Shown here one piece after another: positions 1-9,700 of a DNA stretch of 64,000 nt (position 1 is the first letter of the stretch; every line of letters begins with the position of its first letter). The translations under genes and the position numbers were made by a program. The notes beneath the pieces are model-generated. The model was not told the origin of the DNA, did no database searches, and saw only the letters and a program-made list of their open reading frames with translations. The stretch covers positions 18,983-82,982 of the forward strand of contig JAWCNV010000005.1 of assembly GCA_038848185.1 (NCBI GenBank), in the 5' to 3' direction. Source of the stretch: Thermoproteota archaeon. GTDB lineage: Archaea > Thermoproteota > EX4484-205 > JAAOZP01.

Positions 1-75
1 GTTGAAGCATATGCTGTCGAAGACAATTTACTCCTGCCAATATTCGTATCCTTCTTAGCAACATTCATGGTTTAA
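1..75 (+). CDS. 3' end of a probable polyprenol/phytol/dolichol kinase-family membrane protein (partial)
   Basis: Frame 1 reads VEAYAVEDNLLLPIFVSFLATFMV* (TAA 73-75). The VE...DNLxxP motif plus a hydrophobic tail is typical of the C-terminus of this family. Not in the ORF track. Overlaps the convergent hydrolase stop by 11 bp. Confidence 0.5.
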   Translation, partial: VEAYAVEDNLLLPIFVSFLATFMV

Positions 76-844
76 GATTCGCTTTAAACCATTCTATTGT
101 AGTTTCTATAACCTTGTCTTCCGAGACTCGCCCGCTGAAAGTATGGCCTGCACCATCTATTATAACAAGCTTCTTAGGCTCACCCGCCTTACTGTATAGC
201 ATACTCGCATGTTGAACCGGAACAACAGGATCTTCAGAGCCATGTATGATCAGCATGGGTCTAGGAGAAATCTTTGCACAACTGTCCAGCACATCGTGTT
301 TCAAAGCATCTATGAAGAAGTTCTTCCCAACTCTATATCCGCTTGGCAGGTCGGCGTAATTCTTTTCAAACAGGTTTTTCACATCCATTCCGAAAGATTT
401 CTCAATATTGTTTGACAGTGATCTAAGTTCAGCTGGAGAAGACCATGTGCAAACTGCCTTCACAAGCGGGTTCTGTGCGGAGGTTAGAATTGAGACGACT
501 CCCCCTAGGCTTAATCCTACCAAGGCAATTCTATCTTTGAGAAGCTCATTCCTATTAACAAGGAAGCTTAAAACAGCGTTGAGATCGCTTATCTCTGACG
601 AGATGGTCATATTCTCAAACTCGCCCTCACTCTCACCAGACCCTCTGAAGTCAAACCTAACCGCGACAAAACCTTCCAAGCTCATTCTCCTAGCAGCACG
701 CACAAACAGTCTGTGATCCTCTATTCTGTGTCCTGTGAAACCATGGCAGAAAACCACGGCTGGCGCCGGAGTTTTATCCGGAACATGTATTACCCCTGAT
801 ATTTTTTCACCCATGTTCTTGATGAATACAGGTATCTCCTCCAT
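65..844 (-). CDS. Alpha/beta-hydrolase (esterase/peptidase-like)
   Basis: HGFTG oxyanion loop, GLSLGG nucleophile elbow, HGSEDPVVP (Asp) and GAGHTF (His) form a complete triad. Confidence 0.9.
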   Translation of the reverse strand: MEEIPVFIKNMGEKISGVIHVPDKTPAPAVVFCHGFTGHRIEDHRLFVRAARRMSLEGFVAVRFDFRGSGESEGEFENMTISSEISDLNAVLSFLVNRNELLKDRIALVGLSLGGVVSILTSAQNPLVKAVCTWSSPAELRSLSNNIEKSFGMDVKNLFEKNYADLPSGYRVGKNFFIDALKHDVLDSCAKISPRPMLIIHGSEDPVVPVQHASMLYSKAGEPKKLVIIDGAGHTFSGRVSEDKVIETTIEWFKANLKP

Positions 845-892
845 TTTCTATAAAATAAAAGCTGGGTGCTACTTTATAACGTTTGTGAAAAC

Positions 893-1846
893 CTATTCGA
901 ACTCTATGGTGGCAGGAGGCTTATCAGTTACGTCATAGAGTACCCTTGAGACTTCAGGAATCTCTGTGAGTATTCTGTAGCTTGTTTTATCAAGCCGGTT
1001 CCAGTCTAGTTTAACATGTTTAGCAGTCATTGCATCCTCTGACTCAACTATTCTCAAGGCAACCATGTACCCGTATTTCCTAGACGAGCCTGCTCCCATT
1101 CCAGTGGCTCTGCCCTCCAGAAGAACAGGGAAGGCTTGGAAACATTTTATGTCGGCAAGCTCATCATCAACTATAAATGTTGCCTTCTTAATTATTGAAA
1201 GCCTTTCCTCAGTCACCTCGCCAAGTATTCTTATGGATAATCCTGGTCCTGGAAAAGGTCTCCGGTTAACTATTTCATCAGGAAGACCAAGCTCCTTGGC
1301 AACGAGCCTAACCTGATTCTTATATATTTCCTTTAACGGCTCAAGTATTCTAAACCCATATTGTTCAAACGGGTTTATACCTATTTGCTCAAGAACATTA
1401 TGCTGTGTTTTAACTCCTCCCCTAGTCTCAACTATATCTGCCGCAATCGTGCCCTGCAGGATGATTTTTGCCCCCGCTTCTCTTGCAATCTTGGAAAAGG
1501 TTTTGTAAAAAGTATCTCTGAAAGCCTTTCTCTTCTCTTCAGCATCTCTGATTCCCTTTAAGGCGGTTAAAAACTCTCGTTGAACATCGTATACAGCAAC
1601 ATCTATACCGATGTTTTTAAAAACCCTCCTGATCCTATCAGACTCCCCTATTCTCATAAACCCATCTTCAAGGAACACAGCCTTCAGATTTCCGCCAACT
1701 GCTTTGAACCCTAATACTGCAGTCACAGAACTGTCGACACCGCCAGATAAAGCAACTATGGACACATCACTTCCAATCTCGCTTTTAAGAATCTTTGTCT
1801 TCTCCTCTACAAACTTCTTTGGGTCAAAGTGAGCCATGCTCCGCAT
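893..1846 (-). CDS. guaAB: GMP synthase ATP-pyrophosphatase subunit (subunit B)
   Basis: PP-loop SGGVDS, RPFPGPGLSIR and C-terminal YDVTDKPPATIEFE. No glutaminase domain, as in split archaeal enzymes. Confidence 0.95.
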   Translation of the reverse strand: MRSMAHFDPKKFVEEKTKILKSEIGSDVSIVALSGGVDSSVTAVLGFKAVGGNLKAVFLEDGFMRIGESDRIRRVFKNIGIDVAVYDVQREFLTALKGIRDAEEKRKAFRDTFYKTFSKIAREAGAKIILQGTIAADIVETRGGVKTQHNVLEQIGINPFEQYGFRILEPLKEIYKNQVRLVAKELGLPDEIVNRRPFPGPGLSIRILGEVTEERLSIIKKATFIVDDELADIKCFQAFPVLLEGRATGMGAGSSRKYGYMVALRIVESEDAMTAKHVKLDWNRLDKTSYRILTEIPEVSRVLYDVTDKPPATIEFE

Positions 1847-1942
1847 TTCCAGCCAAACATTATTTAAGCTTTACAGTATCAACACAACTTTAACAATCAG
1901 TTGGAAAACCAAAAAAAACAGGAAGGGGGTATTAAATGACGC

Positions 1943-2422
1943 TTACGGTGGTGGGGGTGGCGGGGTTTCCTGAGGCTGATTGACTACCGTGACGTTTACT
2001 GTTTGCTGCTGTACCTTCTGTCCTTTTCTCCAGAAGCTTGCAATTAATGCAGCGATTGACGCTATCCAAGCCACAAAGTAGCCAACTCCAAGTTCTAAAA
2101 CGTTGAATGCTTCACCATATGAGTTGTAGACTAAGATATGCCCCGCGGTTAAAATGGCTAAAGCAACAATCCCGATAACCCCACAACCCAGGGGGAAGAC
2201 ACCTACAATACCCGCTATAACTAAGAGGATAAAGGAAACGATAGTAACATAGGCTAATGTGATCAACGCTGGTTCTCCCATCTCCTGAATCAATCCGAGG
2301 TTTTCAATATTCACCCGCGTTAGAGTGAAAAACGTGTCTCCATATGTGCCGAAAGGCAGCAGGAATGCTGCAACTAGGATTACTACTCCTAAAACTATGC
2401 CTACTATTCTGCCAGGGTTCAT
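1943..2422 (-). CDS. Small multi-pass membrane protein with poly-proline C-terminus; paralog of 3599..4435
   Basis: About four hydrophobic helices, ending QPQETPPPPPP. Shares FLLPFG, TFF, SFIxLVIAG and VGxFxAW with the 3599 ORF. Confidence 0.8.
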   Translation of the reverse strand: MNPGRIVGIVLGVVILVAAFLLPFGTYGDTFFTLTRVNIENLGLIQEMGEPALITLAYVTIVSFILLVIAGIVGVFPLGCGVIGIVALAILTAGHILVYNSYGEAFNVLELGVGYFVAWIASIAALIASFWRKGQKVQQQTVNVTVVNQPQETPPPPPP

Positions 2423-2513
2423 TTACTGTTTTTCACAGACCTTAGTTATTAGGGAGGTATATAAAGCTTGAACAAGGACTTACAAATCAATAATTTTACA
2501 ACTTTATGTTTTT

Positions 2514-3524
2514 TTACATCTGCGTTTTACCGAATACTTTTGATAAACCTATTTTCAAAATGGGCGGTAGACCTATGAAATCAGTTATTGTGTAGAAGAA
2601 TCGGAAAAGCAGCGATATGGACACGCCGTGGGAAAGGGGAACTCCGAACAATTGCAGCAAAGCAGCTAAAACACCTTCCTGCACTCCCAGACCTGCAAGA
2701 GTAAGAGGAAGATAAGTGAAGCTTGAAACAAGAGAATAGATGAAGACGAATAGAACAGGATGAAGATCAACTCCAATGGAGAGGGAGAAGAAGAAAAGAG
2801 CCATGGAGTCAAACAGGGATGTTAGTGACATGGCGAAGGCGACCGGGACCAGAGACTTCTTGGCCTTAACCCCCTCTTTCTGAAAATTCTCGAACCTAGT
2901 TACGTAAGGATCTAAGAACTGGCCTATTCTTCTGAAGCCTCTAAGCCGGTTTATCAGTTTCCTAGGCTTATCTGACCATAGGAGTATAGCAAAGAACACT
3001 GCGCTGGCAGCGAGGATGAAAGCGCTTACCGCCACAATCCATTGAATACCTGAAATCGATTCAACAGGACCAATGAGATACGTGGCAGAAATCGCTGTTA
3101 GGAAAGCTCTTATGGCGAAGTCAACCATCCCAGACACAACTGTCGCTACGGTGCAAGGTTCAACCGGAGCTTTACTAAGAACCTCCATTATGAAGGGGGT
3201 TATGAAGTAGCCTGCACGCCCAGGAGTCAGGTCACTTGCCAACTGTCCTGCAAAATTCGCTTGAACACAACTTGAAAAACTCACTCTGTATTTTAAAACG
3301 GTGAGAATGAAGTAGAAAGATAAGGCGATCATCATAGAGGCCGTTACGATTAGAAGAGACCCTATCACCACATATCTCATATCTGTTTTAAGCAAGACTC
3401 CGATGGTTTCTGACATGTTTGCTTGATGAAGCAGAATGATTATGATTAACACTCCAAGAATAAATTGAAAAACCGTTAATACCGCCTTCCTAGAGATTTT
3501 CACCTTTTCAATCCTTGCTAACAA
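2514..3524 (-). CDS. UPF0104 / lysylphosphatidylglycerol-synthase TM-domain flippase-like membrane protein
   Basis: Polytopic protein with ASDLTPGRAG, LPLTLAGLGVQEG and SLLFRFF motifs characteristic of the family. Confidence 0.8.
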   Translation of the reverse strand: MLARIEKVKISRKAVLTVFQFILGVLIIIILLHQANMSETIGVLLKTDMRYVVIGSLLIVTASMMIALSFYFILTVLKYRVSFSSCVQANFAGQLASDLTPGRAGYFITPFIMEVLSKAPVEPCTVATVVSGMVDFAIRAFLTAISATYLIGPVESISGIQWIVAVSAFILAASAVFFAILLWSDKPRKLINRLRGFRRIGQFLDPYVTRFENFQKEGVKAKKSLVPVAFAMSLTSLFDSMALFFFSLSIGVDLHPVLFVFIYSLVSSFTYLPLTLAGLGVQEGVLAALLQLFGVPLSHGVSISLLFRFFYTITDFIGLPPILKIGLSKVFGKTQM

Positions 3525-3598
3525 CGTGACTCCAGTCTTTAAATTTCTTTATTAGGCTCATTCCGTCTAATCAGTTTAACTGCAATATTCCTCCTGTG

Positions 3599-4435
3599 TC
3601 AACTAGTCTTACCACTTCTTCCCATTTCCTTCTCTAGATCACCCACTATTTTCTCAAGCTTCACCCTAAGTCGGTCATAAGCTTCTTCCGATATCAGTCT
3701 ATTATTCTTCTCATCCTCCAAGAGAACCATAAACGCCTTAATCCTTTTAATCTCCTCCTCGACAACATTAATCTCAACCGGCGGAGACGGCAACGGTATT
3801 ACTGGCAAATGCGAAGAGGTGTCTGAGGTTGAGAGGGAGGAGAAAAGCTCTATAGGAGGCGATTTTGAGGATTCTTGAGGAGCAAGAGGAGTCTGAGGTG
3901 AAGATTCCTCCGAGCCGGACAGGGGTTTGAAAAGACTAGCCGGTGGACTGACGTTTTCAACAGGCTGTTCAACAGCCTTCTCAGAAGCCTTGGATGAGAG
4001 AAAGGAGAGCTTCCTCCTCATCTGAGGCTGAATCTTACCCATGATAATTATAGCGACGGAGAAGCCCCAAGCAGCAAAGAAGCCTACCCCGTAACTAGGA
4101 ATATTAAACCCCAACTGAGGATTAAACATGGATACGACTGTCACAAGTATCATTCCAAGTATCCCCATTACCCCCGAACGCATAGGGTAGAAGCCCAAAA
4201 CCCCTGCTATAACTAGAAATATGAACGAAATTACAATCAGGATATTGAAGACCAACAGGTTAGCAGACTGCTGAGCATCGTTGGTAATGCTTTCAATCAA
4301 CCGCCTAACCGTGTTGAAGAACGTTGTTTCACTAAGTTGACCAGAGGGTAGGCGGAAAGAGCCGAAAGGGAGTAGGAAAACCGCTACAAGAATCAACAAG
4401 CCGAACATTATGCCTATGAGTCTATCCAAGTCCAT
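3599..4435 (-). CDS. Membrane protein (paralog of 1943..2422) with Pro/Ser-rich linker and C-terminal SHOCT-like helical domain
   Basis: Four TM segments, then a PSESS-rich linker and NRLISEEAYDRLRVKLE. Start moved from 4462 to ATG 4435 because the TTAATATA box abuts the 4462 ATG. Confidence 0.75.
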   Translation of the reverse strand: MDLDRLIGIMFGLLILVAVFLLPFGSFRLPSGQLSETTFFNTVRRLIESITNDAQQSANLLVFNILIVISFIFLVIAGVLGFYPMRSGVMGILGMILVTVVSMFNPQLGFNIPSYGVGFFAAWGFSVAIIIMGKIQPQMRRKLSFLSSKASEKAVEQPVENVSPPASLFKPLSGSEESSPQTPLAPQESSKSPPIELFSSLSTSDTSSHLPVIPLPSPPVEINVVEEEIKRIKAFMVLLEDEKNNRLISEEAYDRLRVKLEKIVGDLEKEMGRSGKTS

Positions 4436-4623
4436 TATTATAGTACTGCAAGCTGCGAGCATATATTAAGCTTCCTTCGTAAATTTTATAAACATCAACC
4501 TTCAAAAAGTTTTTCGTAGAGAAACATCTTTTAAGAGGGTAGTGTCCATCTCTTGTCTGAATATGCATCAAGCTACCTTATTGAAAAGCATTAGGAAAAA
4601 GAAAAAGGTTTAAACAGTGTTCT

Positions 4624-7227
4624 TCAAGCGGAACGGCTTGGAGGCGGTGGAGGATAGGCTGGAGGAACATACGTAGGCTGAGGTGCAGGCTTTCTTCTCC
4701 TTAAAAGCAGTGCAACAGCCAAGATGACGACTATCACTATGACCGCTATGTACAGCCACATAGGTATGCCGACGCTGAATGTTGAAGCAGGTGTTTGATA
4801 CTCATTGCCAGCGTTATCTACAGCTTTAACATAGTACTGGACGCTTGTGAAAGGCATTTGAGACGGTATTGAGCTGGTGTATCTTCCTGCCTGAAGAGTC
4901 ATGACAGCCTCAGTCCATGAGGAGCCTCCGTTAGTTGAGTAGTAGAGTTTAACTTCTTTAACCCCGGAAAGGGCATCTGAAACTTCGCATGTTATTGTGG
5001 TTGACTCTCCAAAAACAGGGTTGGATGGCACTGATAGGCCTGAGACCGTGGGCGGAACAGCATCGACAGTAAGCGTGAAAGAGTAGCTTTGACTGGCCAC
5101 GTTATCAACATTATCCAAAGCCTCAATGCTCCAAGTATGGCTTCCCTCCGAAAGGCTTATCGTCTTAGAGTAGTCGCTGCCACTAGTCATAATGCCTTGA
5201 GAAACACCGTCAACCGTCAGCCTAACCTCCTTAACACCCGAGCCAGAGTCCTCAACCCTCACAGTGAACCTTACAGATGTTGAGCCTAATACCAAGCTTC
5301 CAGTGGGTGAAGCGCCACTTATTGCAGGTGGAGTCTTATCTAGCATGACCATCAAAGTTTTCTCAGCCTCATTATTGTTCGACCTGTCGGCACTATAGTA
5401 TCCTATGGTGTGCGAGCCGTCTGAGAGCACTGAAAGAGTGAACCCTGCAGTATAAGTACTCCACGAGCCGGCGTCAAACCTATACTTGGTCTCCTTAACC
5501 CCGCTCGCATCATCGCTAGCTGAAAGCTCGAAGACCGTGGAGCCGGAAACAAAGGTTGTTGTGCCACTCAAATACTTTGGAGAACCAACAGTCATCGTTG
5601 TCACAGGCGGAGTAGTATCAGGAATCACTGTTACCGTTGCGGTGCCAGAGGTTAAGCCGGTGGCTGACGCTGTCAAAGTCTGTGTTCCCCCCTTAATATC
5701 ATAGTAGTCCACTTTGACGAAGCTTGTACCCGCATGAATAACCACACCGGTTATCATGTTTGTTGTCCCAAACTGTCTGAACTCCCCGTCTGAGGAGGTT
5801 GTTGAAAGGCTTACAATTATATCAGAGGTGTGAGTAGTTTCAAAATTGTTAGCATCCTTCAGTGTGATGTTAATGTGGGAGTAAGTAACTCCAGCAGCCA
5901 TAGTAAAGCTTGAAGGCACCATAACGAGTTTTGCTGGAACACCTGCCTTAACATTGAAGGAATTGCTCTCTCCCGTCTTGCCCGCTCCACTGGTAGTGAT
6001 CTTAACGTTGCTTCCTATTTTGTTTATCATCACATCCCCTATCCACTTACCGTTCACAAAGGCACCAGTCATCACTGGGTTAATAGTTCCAGTAGTGTCG
6101 GTGAGAGAGTTTGTCCCAGTGTAGTCAGTCTTAACATTACCATAAACATCGTAAGCAGTTATAGTTATTGAGAAAGATGTTGCAACCTGCTTCGGGGAGG
6201 AAATCGTGTCGAAAGCGAAATGATCCAGCGGACCAGGTGTGACTGTCAACTGCTTAGTATCGTCACCATAATTCATTATAGGAATGTACCAGCCGCCACT
6301 CTCAACAACGTACGAATAGTCATCTGTCCAAACGTAGATATCCCATGTGCCTAGCTTCTCATCGTAATAGTAGAAATCCCTATGGTCTGAGCCGTCAGGT
6401 ATCGTCAACTTTGTTATTGTTGCACCCCCCTGACTCAGGGAGAACTTCTTGTTAGCAGAAGTTGAGGTTGAGCTTAAATCAACCTCCAAGGCACCGCGGG
6501 TCACAGTCTCACCATCGTTGGTTTTCCTATAGACAGTCATCTTAACCCAGTTGCCGGCTTCAAGCGTAGTGCTTGCAAGACTGAGCTCTAGGTGAGGGGG
6601 GTAATATTTAACCTCAAGACGTGGACGTACGGTCTCCCCGCTGTATTCTTTAGAACGGAACTGGCAGAGAAAACCGGGAGATGCATTCTCAGTAGAATCT
6701 TTCAGTCTCCAACCGTAGTTCGGAGCATAACCAGCAGAATCCTTAGACGCAAACTTCTTAACTGAAGCGGTTACAATAAAATTAAGCCACACGTTATCAG
6801 TAGTACCTGTTGTTGAAGAAGTCACATAGGTGGATACACTAGGCTGATTATTCCATGTGATTCCCCCCTCGGTCCAAGAGGAGCTTATCATATGACACTG
6901 TATTGTCCTACTTGAAGTAGGAGCAGCATTCATGAATATGCTAAGAACGGCGGAATCTATAACTGAACCAGGAGGAATCTTACTTAAATCAAACTTTATG
7001 AAGCTTCGCTCATTATAACCACTTTGACTCCTAACTAGGAGATATGTAACTGATCCATAGTTGTTATTCGGATATAGTTCATAAGTGAAAGCATCGGCTG
7101 ACGGGGAGAAATATTGAGTGTGAAGAATTTCACCGTAGCCAGCCACTCTTATAGCAACATAGGGTATTGTTGAGCATATGATTGTTATTATTGTTAAAAA
7201 GCCTAATATTACCTTTACTTTACTCAA
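4624..7227 (-). CDS. Large membrane-anchored cell-surface protein: DNRLRE/CBM96-like domain, Ig-like repeats, C-terminal TM and Pro-rich tail
   Basis: Signal-like N-terminus; ADAFTYELYPNNNYG...RSFIKFDLSKIP...RPRLEVKY (DNRLRE-type); repeated DxxPP...SGVKE beta-sandwich units; TM followed by RRRKPAPQPTYVPPAYPPPPP. Confidence 0.8.
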   Translation of the reverse strand: MSKVKVILGFLTIITIICSTIPYVAIRVAGYGEILHTQYFSPSADAFTYELYPNNNYGSVTYLLVRSQSGYNERSFIKFDLSKIPPGSVIDSAVLSIFMNAAPTSSRTIQCHMISSSWTEGGITWNNQPSVSTYVTSSTTGTTDNVWLNFIVTASVKKFASKDSAGYAPNYGWRLKDSTENASPGFLCQFRSKEYSGETVRPRLEVKYYPPHLELSLASTTLEAGNWVKMTVYRKTNDGETVTRGALEVDLSSTSTSANKKFSLSQGGATITKLTIPDGSDHRDFYYYDEKLGTWDIYVWTDDYSYVVESGGWYIPIMNYGDDTKQLTVTPGPLDHFAFDTISSPKQVATSFSITITAYDVYGNVKTDYTGTNSLTDTTGTINPVMTGAFVNGKWIGDVMINKIGSNVKITTSGAGKTGESNSFNVKAGVPAKLVMVPSSFTMAAGVTYSHINITLKDANNFETTHTSDIIVSLSTTSSDGEFRQFGTTNMITGVVIHAGTSFVKVDYYDIKGGTQTLTASATGLTSGTATVTVIPDTTPPVTTMTVGSPKYLSGTTTFVSGSTVFELSASDDASGVKETKYRFDAGSWSTYTAGFTLSVLSDGSHTIGYYSADRSNNNEAEKTLMVMLDKTPPAISGASPTGSLVLGSTSVRFTVRVEDSGSGVKEVRLTVDGVSQGIMTSGSDYSKTISLSEGSHTWSIEALDNVDNVASQSYSFTLTVDAVPPTVSGLSVPSNPVFGESTTITCEVSDALSGVKEVKLYYSTNGGSSWTEAVMTLQAGRYTSSIPSQMPFTSVQYYVKAVDNAGNEYQTPASTFSVGIPMWLYIAVIVIVVILAVALLLRRRKPAPQPTYVPPAYPPPPPSRSA

Positions 7228-7499
7228 TGTTTTCCACGGTAAGAGCAGCCTCCCTAGGAATATAAACTTTATTTAAAAAATAAACCCCTAATGCCCAAAA
7301 CTGTGCCATTTATTAAAATTATTATTTTTAGTTATTACTCCATATCGATGAGAAAACTCCCTGAATAAGTATTCTCACCTTTATATTGAGGGTTTTTAAA
7401 ACTATGTATTTCGCCTTACCTCATTTCTCGATGTCTTAACAGTTTTTCTTAGGGTAAATGTAGGTTTTTAAATGAGCAAAATATGATATTTACTGAGGA

Positions 7500-7910
7500 A
7501 TGTCTGGTGGGAGCAGGGACGAAGTGGATTTAATGAGGAGAAGGGCAGCGGGGTTTCTCGAAGTGGCTAAGTATTCCTTAAAATCGAGTAATTACGACAT
7601 AGCTGCTTTCAACGCTGAGCAGGCTGCCCAGCTATACTTGAAATCGGTTTTACTGGAGCTTGTAGGCGACTTTCCCAGAACTCATTCTCTCATTTTTCTC
7701 CTCAATGAACTTAAACGTGTAAGTGAAAAAGAGGTTGATGAATTCATCAGAGAAAACAAGAGGGGGCTCCATAATTTGGAGGATGCTTATTTAACAAGCA
7801 GGTATTTTTACAAAATGTTTGACAGGGAGGATGGAGAGTACTTGGTTTCACTGGCTGAAGAGGTGGTGGGCTTTTGTGAGGAGCTTAGACGCAGCATGGG
7901 AAAGAGCTAG
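7500..7910 (+). CDS. HEPN-domain protein of a HEPN-MNT pair
   Basis: AAFNAEQAAQLYLKSVL, FPRTHSL and YLTSRY motifs of archaeal HEPN proteins; overlaps the MNT gene. Confidence 0.9.
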   Translation: MSGGSRDEVDLMRRRAAGFLEVAKYSLKSSNYDIAAFNAEQAAQLYLKSVLLELVGDFPRTHSLIFLLNELKRVSEKEVDEFIRENKRGLHNLEDAYLTSRYFYKMFDREDGEYLVSLAEEVVGFCEELRRSMGKS

Positions 7911-8223
7911 CATTCTTAGTGATTGGGAAAAATGGTCGGTTAAGATAAAAGAAGCTGCTGATGAAGCACTATCATCTGATTTACTCGGAGTATATGTGTT
8001 TGGGAGCGCGGTTACGGGGAGGCTGGTGGCTTCCTCAGATGTTGACATGCTGGTTGTTGCTAAAAACCTTCCGGAATCAATCGTCAGAAGGTCTAAGATA
8101 AAAGATAGGATAATTGACAAAGCCGGCTTACCTTTAATTCATCCATTTGAAATCCACCTGGTCAATGAAGAGGAAGCGAAGGTTTACTTTAGGCACATTA
8201 ATGAGAGCTTTATCAAACTATAA
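7876..8223 (+). CDS. Minimal nucleotidyltransferase (MNT)
   Basis: VYVFGSAVTGRLVASSDVDML = GS-x10-DxD. Start refined to GTG 7876, preceded by GGTGG, instead of 7819. Confidence 0.85.
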   Translation: MRSLDAAWERASILSDWEKWSVKIKEAADEALSSDLLGVYVFGSAVTGRLVASSDVDMLVVAKNLPESIVRRSKIKDRIIDKAGLPLIHPFEIHLVNEEEAKVYFRHINESFIKL

Positions 8224-8308
8224 GGAACAAACAACTTACAATAGTTTCAGAGTATGCACATTGCTAAGCGTTCTTAACTAAGATTTTAAAAGAAATTCTT
8301 ATTTAAGG

Positions 8309-8325
8309 TTGGCGTCTTAAACCCC
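8309..8325. repeat. Intergenic motif copy 1, TTGGCGTCTTAAACCCC
   Basis: Near-identical to 11676-11691 (one extra A). Both copies are preceded by GATTTTAAA and followed by TGTTT. Confidence 0.5.
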
Positions 8326-8402
8326 GTATGTTTAGATAGAACTATATTTCCTTATATTTCGAGAAGCCTTTCTAAACAGTAAACTATCTTTGACATGAGC
8401 GT

Positions 8403-9545
8403 CTAGCTCATCTGCTTTAACATGCCTTCTATGAACACTATCCGTACCTTAAGGTCCTCTCTCATTACGACTAAGTCAGCATCCTTTCCCTCCTCTATGC
8501 TTCCTTTGTGCTTATCGATGCCTAGTAGCTTAGCAGGGTTGTAAGATGCTACTTTAGCGATTGAACTTAAAGGAACGCCAGTGAAACTGATGAAACGCCT
8601 AGCTAATTCACTCATGCCTGCTGAGGTCCCGATCAACCTGCCGCTTACATATCTTGCTGTCCCATCTATTGAAAAGTATTCAGTACCATCGTAAACATAC
8701 TTGCCATCCGGTAAACCTGTTGACCTTACCGCATCCGTTATAAGAATAATCCGGTCTTCACCCAGAACGCTTGTCATAAACCTAATCATAGAAGGATGAA
8801 TATGGACACCGTCAGATATTATTTGCACAGTCACATCTTTCGATTCAAATATGGCTAATGGAGGGCCTGGGGCCCTATGGTGGATAGATGGCATTGCGTT
8901 AAAAATATGTGTAACATGCTTGACGCCCATTCTTATTGCCTGCAGAGTTTGCTCGTAATCAGCTGAAGAATGACCGAAGGAAGCAACCACTCCTTTTTCT
9001 AGTAGCATCCTAATCACCTCCTCAGAGCCTTCAAGCTCAGGAGCTATCGTCATCATCTTAAGCCAACCCTTACACTTATCCATTATCTCCGACAAGATTT
9101 TTACGGAGGGGTTACACATTGATGATTCCCTGATGCCTCCCCTTCTATGCCTAGAGATAAAGGGTCCCTCTAAATGGAAGCCTAGGAAGCGGGCTCCACC
9201 CAAACCTTTTGAAACCTTTTTTAAAGTAACATCCAGATGGTTGTTTTTCTGCCTAGGTTTATAAAAGGTGGTCGCGAGGAAACCTGTTACCCCAAACTTG
9301 ACACATGCCTCCGAGATGGTGTTAATGGCTTCTTCATCTTCGTCTAGAATATCTGCTCCTCCCGCCCCATGCATGTGAACATCTATGAATCCCGGGAATA
9401 GCATGTTCCCCTCTGCATCGATCTTCTCTTCCTGTGCGTGGCCGTAGATGGCTTTACCAACCTTCTTTATTTTTCCGTTCTTGATTAGAACGTCTCCGAA
9501 CGTTTCTCCCCAAGGGTTGACTATTCGCGCGTTTTTTATTAGCAT
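8403..9545 (-). CDS. nagA: N-acetylglucosamine-6-phosphate deacetylase
   Basis: PGFIDVHMHG, HLEGPF, THIFNAM, DGVHIHP and LITDA metal/substrate motifs. Confidence 0.93.
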   Translation of the reverse strand: MLIKNARIVNPWGETFGDVLIKNGKIKKVGKAIYGHAQEEKIDAEGNMLFPGFIDVHMHGAGGADILDEDEEAINTISEACVKFGVTGFLATTFYKPRQKNNHLDVTLKKVSKGLGGARFLGFHLEGPFISRHRRGGIRESSMCNPSVKILSEIMDKCKGWLKMMTIAPELEGSEEVIRMLLEKGVVASFGHSSADYEQTLQAIRMGVKHVTHIFNAMPSIHHRAPGPPLAIFESKDVTVQIISDGVHIHPSMIRFMTSVLGEDRIILITDAVRSTGLPDGKYVYDGTEYFSIDGTARYVSGRLIGTSAGMSELARRFISFTGVPLSSIAKVASYNPAKLLGIDKHKGSIEEGKDADLVVMREDLKVRIVFIEGMLKQMS

Positions 9546-9700
9546 CTGACACTAGTTAATTTTCCCAGTTATTAAGTTTTTTTCTATTTTTCCTGGGTTC
9601 ACATTGAGAGGAATGCTTGATGAGCATCGTGTGATACAAAATATTTGCAACGAATCAGATAGCTAGATTCAAGGGATGAGAATCACGGCTATAAATATTA

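Noticed and set aside
893-1846. GMP synthase lacking a glutaminase domain
   Set aside because: Split GuaAA/GuaAB is normal in archaea; the partner is probably outside the window.
7819-7875. Trp-rich N-terminal extension of the MNT
   Set aside because: Probably an artefact of the upstream TTG; GTG 7876 has an SD-like sequence and gives a typical length.
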